Shown here: positions 35,100 through 44,534 of the stretch, piece after piece
Numbering within the stretch: position 1 is the stretch's first letter
Layout of the letters: the number at the start of each line of letters is the position of its first letter
Source of the DNA: Dehalococcoidia bacterium
GTDB lineage: Bacteria; Chloroflexota; Dehalococcoidia; Lucifugimonadales; GCA-2712585
Assembly: GCA_034420855.1 (NCBI GenBank)
Contig: DAOUKX010000021.1
Coordinates: 1-55,824, forward strand
Reading direction: 5' to 3'
Length of the DNA stretch: 55,824 nucleotides
Notes under the pieces: model-generated
Databases searched by the model: none
The model's input: the letters and a program-made list of their open reading frames with translations, nothing else
What the model was told of the DNA's origin: nothing
Translations under genes and position numbers: made by a program

Positions 35100-35310
35100 T
35101 TACCCGAAGTTCGAGGGACCCTCTCTTATGCGGAGAGTGGTCACCTTCCGTTCAGGCAGGTCTCCTGGCTTGCGGGTTAATCTACCTGGGCCGACCCTTC
35201 CCATCGGAATGCCGACAGTGGGTTCCGGCCTTCAACCCCGCTTACAGTGGCGCTACCACGGCGGATTTTCACCGCCTTCCCTATTCTCCCTAGGTGGGCA
35301 CCTGAACGGG
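35100..35310 (-). promoter_or_regulatory. Cobalamin (B12) riboswitch leading the btuCFD-like/cobOTSCU operon
   Basis: The minus strand reads ...GGGAGAATAGGGAAGGCGGTGAAAATCCGCCGTGGTAGCGCCACTGTAAGCGGGGTTGAAGGCCGGAACCCACTGTCGGCATTCCGATGGGAAGGGTCGGCCCAGGTAGATTAACCCGCAAGCCAGGAGACCTGCCTGAACGG... It contains GGTGAAAATCC, GCCACTG (35251-35245) and the B12 box AGCCAGGAGACCTGCC (35170-35155), in canonical order, just upstream of the permease start. The outer boundaries are approximate. Confidence 0.85.
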
Positions 35311-35591
35311 CAGTGGCTGTATATATTTGCTGCCGGTGATAATATGCCGCCCATTGGAGGCTGTCAAGGGTTGCACCTCCCCAAGAGATACGGCGCCAAC
35401 GGTATACTCCGATGCGAGGATGCGAGGCTCGTTGTGCCCCTTGCGGTAAGAGGCTCTTTATCCGACTATGGGCGGGTTGTGAATAAACACGGACAAATCG
35501 CCAAACAGTCTCCCATGAGTAGGTTCCGTTGCTTGGAAGACTCAGAGGCAGGCCGATTCAAGCCTGACGACTTACCGCCGGTTTTCTGATT

Positions 35592-36554
35592 ATGTTTACT
35601 GCGTGGTTGGACGGTCTGGCACTTAACGCCATAATGTTGCTGTTGTCTGTCTTGCTGGACCGGCTTCTGCCGGAACCCCCTTTGAAGATGCACCCAGTGG
35701 TCTGGATGGGGTGGAACATCAACTTGCTGAAGCGTCCTGCCCCGCAAAGGCCCATTCTGGCATTCCTCTACGGCTGCTTCATCGTGATTGTGGTTGTGTC
35801 ATTCTGGGCCGGAATTGTCTACGTGGTCGCCGACCTTTTGAGGGCAGCGGGTGCGGTAGTTTACGTGCTGGGCGGCGCTCTGATTCTTCGAACGACGTTC
35901 ACCGTCAGGGGGCTGTCATCGGCGGCCAACGGTGTCCGGGATGCGCTGAAGCAGGGCAGTCTTAGTGAAGCTCGTGATGGATTGAAGCACTTGGTAAGCC
36001 GTGACGCATCCTTCCTTTCCGCTCCGTTGGTAGTCGCTGCTGCCATTGAGTCGGTGGCCGAAAATACCACCGACAGCTATCTTGCTCCGTGGCTGGCCTT
36101 TGCCGTATTCGGCGTCCCTGGTGCAATGGCTTATCGGGCGATAAACACTCTGGACAGTATGCTGGGGCATCGCGGGAAGTATGAATACCTGGGTAAAGCG
36201 TCCGCTCGTGTGGACGACGTGGTGAACTTGATTCCGGCGCGGGTCAGTGCGCTGCTTCTAATCGTATCCGGCGCATTTTCTCGCCTTTCTGCCGGCGTTG
36301 GGTGGAAGATTCTCTTGAGAGACCGAAATCTTACCGCCAGTCCAAACGCTGGGTGGACCATGAGCACCATGGCCGGTCTGCTGGGAAGTCGACTGGAAAA
36401 AGTTGGCCACTATTGTCTTGGTTGGGGCATGCCGGAGCCGAAAGTCGAGGACATCAGCAAAGCCGTGCGCGTGGCTGAGATTGTGGCCATTCTTGGGCTT
36501 GTGACCACCCTGGGGTTGCTGGCGACACGTCATGCTATAGTGGCGTTGATCTAA
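35592..36554 (+). CDS. cbiB: Adenosylcobinamide-phosphate synthase
   Basis: 320 aa membrane protein. The N-terminus LLDRLLPEPPLKMHPVVWMG and later GHRGKYEYLG and AGWTMSTMAGLLG are typical of CbiB (CobD in P. denitrificans naming). Confidence 0.9.
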   Translation: MFTAWLDGLALNAIMLLLSVLLDRLLPEPPLKMHPVVWMGWNINLLKRPAPQRPILAFLYGCFIVIVVVSFWAGIVYVVADLLRAAGAVVYVLGGALILRTTFTVRGLSSAANGVRDALKQGSLSEARDGLKHLVSRDASFLSAPLVVAAAIESVAENTTDSYLAPWLAFAVFGVPGAMAYRAINTLDSMLGHRGKYEYLGKASARVDDVVNLIPARVSALLLIVSGAFSRLSAGVGWKILLRDRNLTASPNAGWTMSTMAGLLGSRLEKVGHYCLGWGMPEPKVEDISKAVRVAEIVAILGLVTTLGLLATRHAIVALI

Positions 36555-36566
36555 CTGGAGGCAAAC

Positions 36567-37625
36567 GTGACTACGGTACATGGTGGGTTGGACACGGCGG
36601 AGTTGCGACGCTTGGGCCTTATGCCCGAGCAGTTGGTGGACTTCAGCTCCAACATTAACCCTTTGGGACCGTCTCCACGGGTCCGAGAAGCCGCATCAAA
36701 GGCCGATTTGTCCGCTTATCCGGACCGCCATTGCCTTGAGCTGCGAGAGGCATTGTCAGGGCGTTTGGGCGTCGACATTCAGAATATCCTGCTCGGCAAT
36801 GGCTCCGTACAGTTGATACATTTAGAGGCCCGCGCCCTCCTGAGTCCGGGCCAGTCGTGTGTAATCTTCGGCCCAACCTTCGGCGAATACGAAGAGGCGG
36901 CAACCCTTGCCGGTGGAGAAGTGCATTTTCTTCGTGCCGAAGAAGCCGATGGATTCCGCTGGTCAATTAATGATTCTGTAACTGCAATTAAGCGCATCCG
37001 TCCCCGCCTGGTGTTCCTCTGCAATCCCAACAACCCCACGGGCGTATTCCTTGACCGTGAGGAAGTGCAGAGAATTCGTGATGCTGTGGGAAGAAGCGGA
37101 CTGCTGGTTCTTGACGACTCTTATTCGTCACTGGCTGACCATCCGTGGGACGCTATTCCTCTCCTCAAGCTTGGCAACGTCGCGATTCTGCGCTCAATGA
37201 CTAAGGAACATGCCCTTGCAGGTGTGAGACTGGGCTACATGATTGCCGAGACAAGCGTTGTCTCTGCTACAGCAAGACTTCAACCGTCATGGAGCGTGAA
37301 TGCCGTGGCACAAGCTACGGGACTAGCGGCTCTCAAGGATGATGGACACGTGGAAGATGCAAGAGAGGTCGTCGCGGCGTCTAAGGCATATCTTTACCGT
37401 GAATTGGTCTCGTTGGGCCTTACGGTAAAACCGTCAGCAGCCAACTTTCTGTTGGTGCGGGTGGGGAACGGCGCCAAGGTCAGGGGCGCCTTGTTGAAGA
37501 GGTGCATTGTGGTGCGCGATTGCAGCTCATTCGGACTGCCGGAGCACATCCGGATTGCGGTCCGGCGGCCGGAGGAATGCCAGAGACTTATACAGTTTCT
37601 GAGGGAAGTGCTGGGCAATGAGTAG
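36567..37625 (+). CDS. cobD: L-threonine-O-3-phosphate decarboxylase (class I/II aminotransferase fold)
   Basis: 352 aa, GTG start. VHGG...VDFSSNINPLGPSP, LCNPNNPTG and the SMTKEHALAGVRLGY PLP-lysine region. Sits between cbiB and cobQ. Confidence 0.8.
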   Translation: MTTVHGGLDTAELRRLGLMPEQLVDFSSNINPLGPSPRVREAASKADLSAYPDRHCLELREALSGRLGVDIQNILLGNGSVQLIHLEARALLSPGQSCVIFGPTFGEYEEAATLAGGEVHFLRAEEADGFRWSINDSVTAIKRIRPRLVFLCNPNNPTGVFLDREEVQRIRDAVGRSGLLVLDDSYSSLADHPWDAIPLLKLGNVAILRSMTKEHALAGVRLGYMIAETSVVSATARLQPSWSVNAVAQATGLAALKDDGHVEDAREVVAASKAYLYRELVSLGLTVKPSAANFLLVRVGNGAKVRGALLKRCIVVRDCSSFGLPEHIRIAVRRPEECQRLIQFLREVLGNE

Positions 37626-39144
37626 CGTCAGCCCTGCGAGGGTGGTCATGGTCCAGGGCACCTCGTCCCACGCGGGAAAGTCCATCCTGGCTACGGCCCT
37701 TTGCCGCATCTTCGCCCGGGACGGTCTGCAAGCTGCACCGTTCAAGGCCCAAAACATGTCTCTCAATTCGTTTGCAACGCCGGACGGCGGGGAGATTGGA
37801 CGCTCCCAGGCAGTCCAGGCAGCGGCGGCCATGACAGCGCCCAGGGTTGAGATGAACCCTCTGTTGCTGAAGCCCGAGGGGGACAGCCGCTCACAAGTGG
37901 TCCTTATGGGCAGGCCCCATGCCGTCAAATCGGCTCGTGACTACTACAAGATGAAACCCCGCATCTGGAATACCGTGACCGTTGCCCTGGACCGTCTGCG
38001 CACCGAGTATGACGTAATTGTAATCGAAGGGGCGGGCAGTCCTGCTGAGGTCAACCTGAAGCGGCACGACATCGTCAACATGAGGGTCGCCCTTCATGCA
38101 AGCGCCCCCGTCCTGCTGGTTGGCGACATCGACCGGGGCGGCGTGTTCGCGCAGCTGGTCGGCACCATGGTCCTGCTGGAGCCGGAGGAAAGAGAGCTGG
38201 TAAAAGGTCTGGTCATCAACAAGTTTCGGGGCGATCCGTCCCTGCTCACCGATGGCCTTAATTTCCTGGAGAAGCGGACAAGGACGCCCGTTGCCGGCGT
38301 TATTCCCTACTTTACGGACATCCACATTGCCGAGGAAGACTCCATGGGGCTTGTTTCCGAAAGTGGCATCGCGGGCGAGGCAGCAGTGGACGTGGCCGTT
38401 ATGCGACTGCCCCACATCGCAAACTTCGACGATTTTGACCCGCTTGTCCATGAGTCTGCTGTCAACGTTCGTTACGTTGGGCGGGCGGAAGAGTACGGGG
38501 ACCCGGACCTTGTGATTATTCCGGGGAGCAAGACCACCGTGGCGGATCTGGACTGGCTGCGCTCCATGGGGCTCGACGGATCTATCCTGGCATCTCGCAG
38601 AAAAGGCATACCCGTCATTGGAATCTGCGCGGGCTATCAGATTCTTGGCGAAGCCCTCTTTGACCCTGATGGTGTGGAATCCCCCCGCACTGAAACGGCG
38701 GGACTGGGGCTGCTGCCGGCGTCAACCACTTTCCTGAGCCAGAAAGCGACAAATCAGGTGAAAGGCAGGGTGGCTTCGGGCAAGGGAATGTTGAGTGGCT
38801 GCGAAGGCGCTGAAGTCATCGCCTATGAAATCCACATGGGTTCCACGACTTCGAATGGATTGTCCAGCCCATTTAACATTGAATCTCGATCAGGCCGCGC
38901 CATCAGTTTGTCCGACGGCGCTCTGGACCCGGAGGGTCTAACACTGGGCACGTACCTTCACGGGCTCTTTCACAATCAAGCCGTCCGACGGTCGATTCTT
39001 GAGTGTGCTGCCCGGCGAAAAGAAGTGCTTTTCCCCGCTTCATACACCAATATCGAGCCAAGCATTGAGTACGACAAGCTGGCAGCGTTGGTGCGTGAAC
39101 ACCTGGACATGGACCTTGTCTATCGGGTCATGGGACTGGTTTGA
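37618..39144 (+). CDS. cobQ: Cobyric acid synthase
   Basis: 508 aa. VMVQGTSSHAGKSILATALCRIF N-terminus, EGAGSPAE, and a C-terminal GATase domain (GICAGYQILG ... HG). Overlaps cobD by 8 nt. Confidence 0.9.
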   Translation: MSSVSPARVVMVQGTSSHAGKSILATALCRIFARDGLQAAPFKAQNMSLNSFATPDGGEIGRSQAVQAAAAMTAPRVEMNPLLLKPEGDSRSQVVLMGRPHAVKSARDYYKMKPRIWNTVTVALDRLRTEYDVIVIEGAGSPAEVNLKRHDIVNMRVALHASAPVLLVGDIDRGGVFAQLVGTMVLLEPEERELVKGLVINKFRGDPSLLTDGLNFLEKRTRTPVAGVIPYFTDIHIAEEDSMGLVSESGIAGEAAVDVAVMRLPHIANFDDFDPLVHESAVNVRYVGRAEEYGDPDLVIIPGSKTTVADLDWLRSMGLDGSILASRRKGIPVIGICAGYQILGEALFDPDGVESPRTETAGLGLLPASTTFLSQKATNQVKGRVASGKGMLSGCEGAEVIAYEIHMGSTTSNGLSSPFNIESRSGRAISLSDGALDPEGLTLGTYLHGLFHNQAVRRSILECAARRKEVLFPASYTNIEPSIEYDKLAALVREHLDMDLVYRVMGLV

Positions 39145-39172
39145 CCAAGATTTGCTGAAGTTATAGCTCCTT

Positions 39173-40750
39173 CTAAGTTTCCAATCTGCCCCTTCTCAAG
39201 GACCTGCCGGCCAGAGCGCCCGTGTGATTCCCATCGACCACTACCACTTTGCCATTTACTACCACGTGGCTGATTCCGACGGGGAACTGCTTGGGATGGT
39301 TTCGGGTAGCCGGTGAGTCAACCGTGTCTGGGTCGAACACAACCAGGTCAGCCTTGAAACCATCCCGCAGAAGTCCCCGGTCTGGTATGCCCAACCGCTG
39401 GGCGGGGAAGGAGGTCATCTTGCGCACTGCGTCCGGCAGGGACATTCCCCCTTCCTCCCTCACGAACTTCGCAAGCACCGTCGGGAATGTGCCGTAGGTG
39501 CGAGGACTTGGAAAGTCACCCAGCAGCACGCCGTCGCTCCCAATCATGGAGAGGGGATGATTGATGAACTTTGGCAGCGTCATGCCGTTGTTCCCTGCCA
39601 TTATGTAGCACACCTGCAGGTCTTCATCCAACAGCAGGTCGCACATCGCGTCCAGTGGGTCTCTGTCCATGAGTGACGCTGTTTCGGATATTGTCTTCCC
39701 TTCGAATCTGTGATTGTGGGGCCTTTTGAAATAGGTGAGCCACATCTCGTCGTAGGAAACGACCCCGGGTATCATCTCCTCCTTCAAGCGCTCGCGGCCT
39801 TCACGAGAAGCGAGTACCTGTTTCTGACGTTCCGGCCCGCCGTCCATGGTCCACTGGGGAAACAGGATAGTGAGCCGCGTGCTGCCATACAGGGATGGAA
39901 ACATGTCGAAGGTCACGTCTACACCATCGTTGCGGCTCCTTTCCACCAGTTCAAGAATCTCCTCCGCTCCGCCGGGGTGCCGCTTCTGTTGGGACAGGTG
40001 GGTAATGTGGCTTGGAATCTCCCCGTAACGCCCAATGTCTATGGCTTCCCGCAAGGGGTCCAGAAACTGGTCGCCCAACGTATTCCTCACATGGGTGTGG
40101 TATATACCGCCCAATCGGGCAGCTTCTTTGGAAAGCTCGATCAGCTCCTGGGTGGTGGCGTAGCTTCCGGGAGGATAGTCCAGACCCGTCGAAATTCCGT
40201 AGGCCCCCTCCTCCATTCCCTCCCTGAGGATGGCTTTCATGTTCTCAAGGTCTGCACCTGAAGCCGGCTTGTCCTCCCAACCGGTAGTTGCGATTCGGAG
40301 GGGCGAGTTCCCGATCACGTACGCCACGTTTACCGCTACCTTGTTGTCGAACATCGCGAGATATTCCGCCACGGTAGACCACCTGCCCGGTAGAGGCGGG
40401 TCGCCGTCCAGCCCGGAGTTCAATTCGACGAAGCGAAGGAAGTCCCGGTGAGTACGGAATGGGGCGTAGGAGTTGCCATCGATGCCAATGAGCTCCGTGG
40501 TTACCCCTTGCATTACTTTGGGTTCGTGCTGGGGCTTGCTCAACATCACCAGGCCGGAATGGGCGTGCATGTCGATAAAGCCGGGACACACAACCTTTCC
40601 TGAAGCGTCAATGCGCCCTGCGGCCTCCACCCGTGAAACATCGCCCCGCAGGACGCGCACCTTCTCTCCCTCTATTCCCACCGCGCCGTAGAAGCCGGGA
40701 CTACCCGTCCCGTCGATTATCATCCCCTTCTCAACTATCAGGTCCAGCAT
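39173..40750 (-). CDS. N-acyl-D-amino-acid deacylase (D-aminoacylase) family amidohydrolase
   Basis: 525 aa. N-terminus LIVEKGMIIDGTG...GIEGEKV...DASGKVVCPGFIDMHAHS (HxH metal site), with the C-terminal beta-sandwich region typical of the family. Confidence 0.85.
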   Translation of the reverse strand: MLDLIVEKGMIIDGTGSPGFYGAVGIEGEKVRVLRGDVSRVEAAGRIDASGKVVCPGFIDMHAHSGLVMLSKPQHEPKVMQGVTTELIGIDGNSYAPFRTHRDFLRFVELNSGLDGDPPLPGRWSTVAEYLAMFDNKVAVNVAYVIGNSPLRIATTGWEDKPASGADLENMKAILREGMEEGAYGISTGLDYPPGSYATTQELIELSKEAARLGGIYHTHVRNTLGDQFLDPLREAIDIGRYGEIPSHITHLSQQKRHPGGAEEILELVERSRNDGVDVTFDMFPSLYGSTRLTILFPQWTMDGGPERQKQVLASREGRERLKEEMIPGVVSYDEMWLTYFKRPHNHRFEGKTISETASLMDRDPLDAMCDLLLDEDLQVCYIMAGNNGMTLPKFINHPLSMIGSDGVLLGDFPSPRTYGTFPTVLAKFVREEGGMSLPDAVRKMTSFPAQRLGIPDRGLLRDGFKADLVVFDPDTVDSPATRNHPKQFPVGISHVVVNGKVVVVDGNHTGALAGRSLRRGRLET

Positions 40751-40804
40751 GAATCCTCCCGTTTGAAAGCATCGTTTACCGATATTCTGCCTGTTTCCTG
40801 GTTC

Positions 40805-42223
40805 TCACATATAGGCTCCCACCCGGAGCACTTTCAGAAAGTTGGTAGGGACTCGTGCTGCCAGGGGGGAAGAACCTACCACGACTATCTTATCGCCCAG
40901 TTTTGCGAGGCCCTTCTCCAAAAGCACTTTTTCTATGACGCCGTAGGAGTCCACCGTTACCTGGGGAAGGTCTGCCAGCACCGGCAGTACTCCCCACCAC
41001 AACTTCAGTCTGCGCGCTATTCGCTTGTCCTTGGTCAATGCCAGAACCGGTACGGTGGGCCTGGACTTTGAAACCCTGTGGGCGGTTACGCCCGAACGAG
41101 TAAGCACCGCAATGGCGTGGGCCTTCAGGCCGTCGGCCAGGCTGCAAGCCGCCCGCGCCACGGCTTCGGATTCCTGGACTGACCTGCCGCTTACGTCCGT
41201 TTCTTCCGGAACGTATACTTCCAGTGTCTTGTCGATTATCCGCGACATTACCCTCGCAGCCTCTACGGGATGCGAGCCGATGGCCGTCTCTCCGCTCAAC
41301 ATTACGGCGTCGACGCCTTCCCAAACGGCGTTGGCGACATCTGAGACCTCCGCTCTCGTTGGCCTGGGCTCATTGATCATAGACTCCAACATCTGAGTGG
41401 CGACTATAGATATCTTGCCCTTCTGACGCGCTTTGCTGATGATGGTTTTCTGCCAGACCGGCACCTCTTCCGGTGGGAGCTCCACCCCCATGTCGCCTCG
41501 TGCAACCATCACGCCGTCGAAGGAGCTGAGAATGGCTTCCAGGTTTTGGAGCGCCCTCACCCTCTCAACCTTTGCAATAATGGGCACACGCACTCGTGTT
41601 TCTCTCATCAGTTCTCGCAGAGGATTCGCATCGTCGCCGCTCCTCACAAAGCTCATTGCCACCCAATCTACTCCCATCTGCAGGCCTGCTTCCAGATCAT
41701 CCCGGTCCTTTCGCGTAAACGTAGGGATATCCAGAAAAACGCCGGGCAGGTTAATTCCCTGGTATGCGCCAAGCAGTCCGCCCTTAACCACGCGGCATCT
41801 AATGTCCTGCCCCTCGATGGACAACACCTCGGATTCGAGCCGTCCGTCATCCAGCATCACCCGGTTGCCCTGCGCAACGAAGCGGTGTATGTGAGGGCTG
41901 GTGCTGCCAATTCTTCCTTCTTCACTGGGCACCGGAACGTGGGCGATTACAAACTCAGACCCTTGCTTGAGTTCCAGCGCACCACCCTCGCCCAACGGAC
42001 CGGTGCGGATTCGCGGGCCTTGAAGGTCTTGAAGCACGGCAACGTGCCTATCCAGTCTGCAGGCCGCTTCCCGCACCGTCCGAATCACGTTGGCGTGGTC
42101 TTCGTGGGAGCCGTGGGAGAAATTCAGGCGGACCACGTCTACGCCCACCTCAACTAACTTGCTAATCTGCTCCGGGACAGATGAGGCGGGGCCTATGGTT
42201 GCTACTATCTTTGTGGCACGCAT
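40805..42223 (-). CDS. pyk: Pyruvate kinase
   Basis: 472 aa. MRATKIVATIGPAS, VVRLNFSHG, MVARGDMGVE and ATQMLESM are classic PK motifs. Confidence 0.95.
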   Translation of the reverse strand: MRATKIVATIGPASSVPEQISKLVEVGVDVVRLNFSHGSHEDHANVIRTVREAACRLDRHVAVLQDLQGPRIRTGPLGEGGALELKQGSEFVIAHVPVPSEEGRIGSTSPHIHRFVAQGNRVMLDDGRLESEVLSIEGQDIRCRVVKGGLLGAYQGINLPGVFLDIPTFTRKDRDDLEAGLQMGVDWVAMSFVRSGDDANPLRELMRETRVRVPIIAKVERVRALQNLEAILSSFDGVMVARGDMGVELPPEEVPVWQKTIISKARQKGKISIVATQMLESMINEPRPTRAEVSDVANAVWEGVDAVMLSGETAIGSHPVEAARVMSRIIDKTLEVYVPEETDVSGRSVQESEAVARAACSLADGLKAHAIAVLTRSGVTAHRVSKSRPTVPVLALTKDKRIARRLKLWWGVLPVLADLPQVTVDSYGVIEKVLLEKGLAKLGDKIVVVGSSPLAARVPTNFLKVLRVGAYM

Positions 42224-42458
42224 GACGGAACGTTATTCTAGTCCCTTCTATGGATCTGTGACGGAATCATCCGTCGTTCCAATTGGAACTGTCCAGCTTA
42301 CCTGTATTTTGCTTCTATAGGGTCGCATACTGCAAGTCTCTGATATAGCGGTTTTAGATATCCAATGAACCTGCACCCCTGTCTTGCCCGAGAGTTCAAT
42401 TGACATGCAGGATTAACCACTATTCCTTCGTCCGTAGGCAATCGGCCGGAGTCATCAG

Positions 42459-42875
42459 ATGCCTGCATTTTTCATAGCGGTTGCGGCAATTGCAGTCCTC
42501 ATGTTGGGCCTGTGCCTCAACAGTGAAGCGCCTGCTTGCCCCGAAGGCGCCGACCACTTAGTTGAATACCAGCTTTTCATGGGCAGAAGCAATGCATCGG
42601 GAGAAATCGTAGACGATGCAGCGTGGGCCGAATTTCTGGGAGACACGGTAATTCCCCGATTTCCCGACGGGCTAACCGTTATTGACGGTCAGGGCCATTG
42701 GAGGGGATCCCAGGGTATCGCCTATCAAGAGCGGTCCAAGCTGCTTGTAGTCCTTGCGCCGCCTGGAGACGATCCAATGAGGTTAACCATAGAAATCTCC
42801 GACCAGTACAGGCGCAGGTTTGGTCAGGAGTCAGTCCTGCACGTCGTTAGTGATACTTGTGTATCCTTCACCTGA
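42459..42875 (+). CDS. DUF3574-family lipoprotein
   Basis: 138 aa. Signal/lipobox MLGLC. YQLFMGRS...W..F....VIPRFPDGLTVIDGQGHW matches my memory of DUF3574. Confidence 0.65.
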   Translation: MPAFFIAVAAIAVLMLGLCLNSEAPACPEGADHLVEYQLFMGRSNASGEIVDDAAWAEFLGDTVIPRFPDGLTVIDGQGHWRGSQGIAYQERSKLLVVLAPPGDDPMRLTIEISDQYRRRFGQESVLHVVSDTCVSFT

Positions 42876-43003
42876 TGAAGGTAATCTGCCCTTGCCGGTT
42901 AAACGTGATACATGATAAAACTATCGAGAACCGATCACGCAGTCGTGATTACACCAATAAACCAGGAGACAGGAACAGCGATATAAACGGGAGGTCGTCA
43001 ACT

Positions 43004-43198
43004 ATGCCGATGAACAAGGTTTCCCAAGCTTTTGAGATTGAGCAGGCGCAATTGGACTGGCTCGGGCAGATGGCCGAGCAGTACGGACTTGCCGACGAGG
43101 CGAAATCCTTGCGGGTCCTCCTTGACTTCGCCATTCAGGACGCGGACAACGATCTCATCTTCGCCCCACAAAACGCTCGGTGCCGTTTCTGCGGCTAA
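43004..43198 (+). CDS. Small hypothetical protein (64 aa)
   Basis: The track ORF starts at 42857, but GGGAGG (42988-42993) lies 10 nt before the in-frame ATG at 43004. Product: MPMNKVSQAFEIEQAQLDWLGQMAEQYGLADEAKSLRVLLDFAIQDADNDLIFAPQNARCRFCG. No family recognised. Confidence 0.45.
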   Translation: MPMNKVSQAFEIEQAQLDWLGQMAEQYGLADEAKSLRVLLDFAIQDADNDLIFAPQNARCRFCG

Positions 43199-44412
43199 CG
43201 GGCAGTGAATGACTCCGTAATTTCCGAGTTGACCGTAACGGAATATTCCGCACCGGGCTCAAAGTCCTGCCCCAGGGGAACAAAGGTCTCTATGACAGGA
43301 TAGTCTGCGGTGCAGACTGCTTCGGGCTCCGACACCTCGTGATGGGTTATGGCCACGTCAACCCTGTCGGGTACGACTCGCCGAATTTCGTAGCCGTTGA
43401 ACTGGGAACATCCGCTGCCCCTTGACATACCTGACACAACGCGCAGCTGGTATTGAGGCGGCGTCCCTTCCGATGTGATTACTTCCACGCTCTCGATGGG
43501 CGACTCTTCAATGAAAGTGAGCCCCAAGCTGGGCTTCGGCAGGGTGAATGTGGTTGTTTCCACATCGTTTACTTTCACCCTGTAGGTCTGACCGGGCTCA
43601 AGGGGTTCAGCAATGTGCTCCACCGTGTCCAGTTCTACTACCTGATCGTCACAGGGAATAGCCCAAGGAGTCGCTGGCGGTTGCATGAGCGTAACGCTGG
43701 CAATTATATCGTTGCCGTTCACCTGCAGGCTCTGGCCCCCGGGAAGAGCACATCCTTCTATGGTCGACTGGTAGTAGCCCACCTGCAGGTAGTTCTCAGG
43801 TTCATTAGGAATGAGATTGGCCCAAATGACTCGGGCGGGGACTTCTACCCAATCCCGCCAATCCGAATCGGTGGAACCCCCAGGGATCAGGTCTGGAGGC
43901 GGCTGGACCAAGACCAGAATCATGTCCACCTTCGACGGACTGCCGCCTGTGATTACGTCGTAGGCGGTATCGTTGGCGAAGGCTAGCCGTCCGCCAGCCT
44001 CTATGATTCTGGCGCTGACGGAGTAGATATTCTGAGGTTCTATGTCTTCGCGATTGTATCCGACCCTGAACTCGATTGGCGGTTGCCCGGGACTGGAGAT
44101 GGTCTGACGGGCGATTAATGGAGCCGACGCATCGGCGTAGCTAGTGTCCCGTATCTCGACTACCAGACTCGCGCCCTCAGTGAGTTCCAACCTCTCACGA
44201 TAGGTCACGGTGCCGCTGACGGATGCGTTGGGGTCCTTGCCGGAGGTAATTTCCAGCAGGGAGTTGGAGAGGTCAGGCTCGTTCTCACAGGCAACAAATG
44301 CCAGCAGAAAGCCTATGACAGCTGCAACAGAGAGCAGGGAGTTCTTCAATTTAGTCTGCACCGGTCCACATAAAAACGGAGTCAAATATCGGCTGTATAG
44401 ATAAATACGCAA
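43195..44412 (-). CDS. Lipoprotein with an N-terminal YbaY/YscW-like domain and a C-terminal region of about 250 aa of unknown type
   Basis: 405 aa. Lipobox LAFVAC. SGTVTYRERLELTEGASLVVEIRDTSYADASAPLIARQTI...IEFRVGY...YSVSARI resembles YbaY-type lipoproteins. The start is uncertain; the first about 25 aa may not be translated. Its stop codon overlaps the stop of the convergent gene at 43004-43198. Confidence 0.6.
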   Translation of the reverse strand: MRIYLYSRYLTPFLCGPVQTKLKNSLLSVAAVIGFLLAFVACENEPDLSNSLLEITSGKDPNASVSGTVTYRERLELTEGASLVVEIRDTSYADASAPLIARQTISSPGQPPIEFRVGYNREDIEPQNIYSVSARIIEAGGRLAFANDTAYDVITGGSPSKVDMILVLVQPPPDLIPGGSTDSDWRDWVEVPARVIWANLIPNEPENYLQVGYYQSTIEGCALPGGQSLQVNGNDIIASVTLMQPPATPWAIPCDDQVVELDTVEHIAEPLEPGQTYRVKVNDVETTTFTLPKPSLGLTFIEESPIESVEVITSEGTPPQYQLRVVSGMSRGSGCSQFNGYEIRRVVPDRVDVAITHHEVSEPEAVCTADYPVIETFVPLGQDFEPGAEYSVTVNSEITESFTAR

Positions 44413-44534
44413 TCTGATGCAGTTTGGTTCCCGAATCCGCGTTGTTCAAACTGGAAGACGTCGGGGGACTTCAGCTTTTTGGGGCTGTGCATGTATACGG
44501 GCCCATTCTGTGCGCGCCAGAAAGAAACATTGCT

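Noticed and set aside
35311-35591. Possible second cobalamin riboswitch on the plus strand upstream of cbiB (GGTGATAATATGCC..., GCGCCAACGG, AAGACTCAGAGGCAGGCC)
   Set aside because: The candidate elements deviate at the most conserved positions: there is no GCCACTG and no GACCTGCC B12 box. I treat it as resemblance by chance. An Infernal RF00174 scan would settle it.
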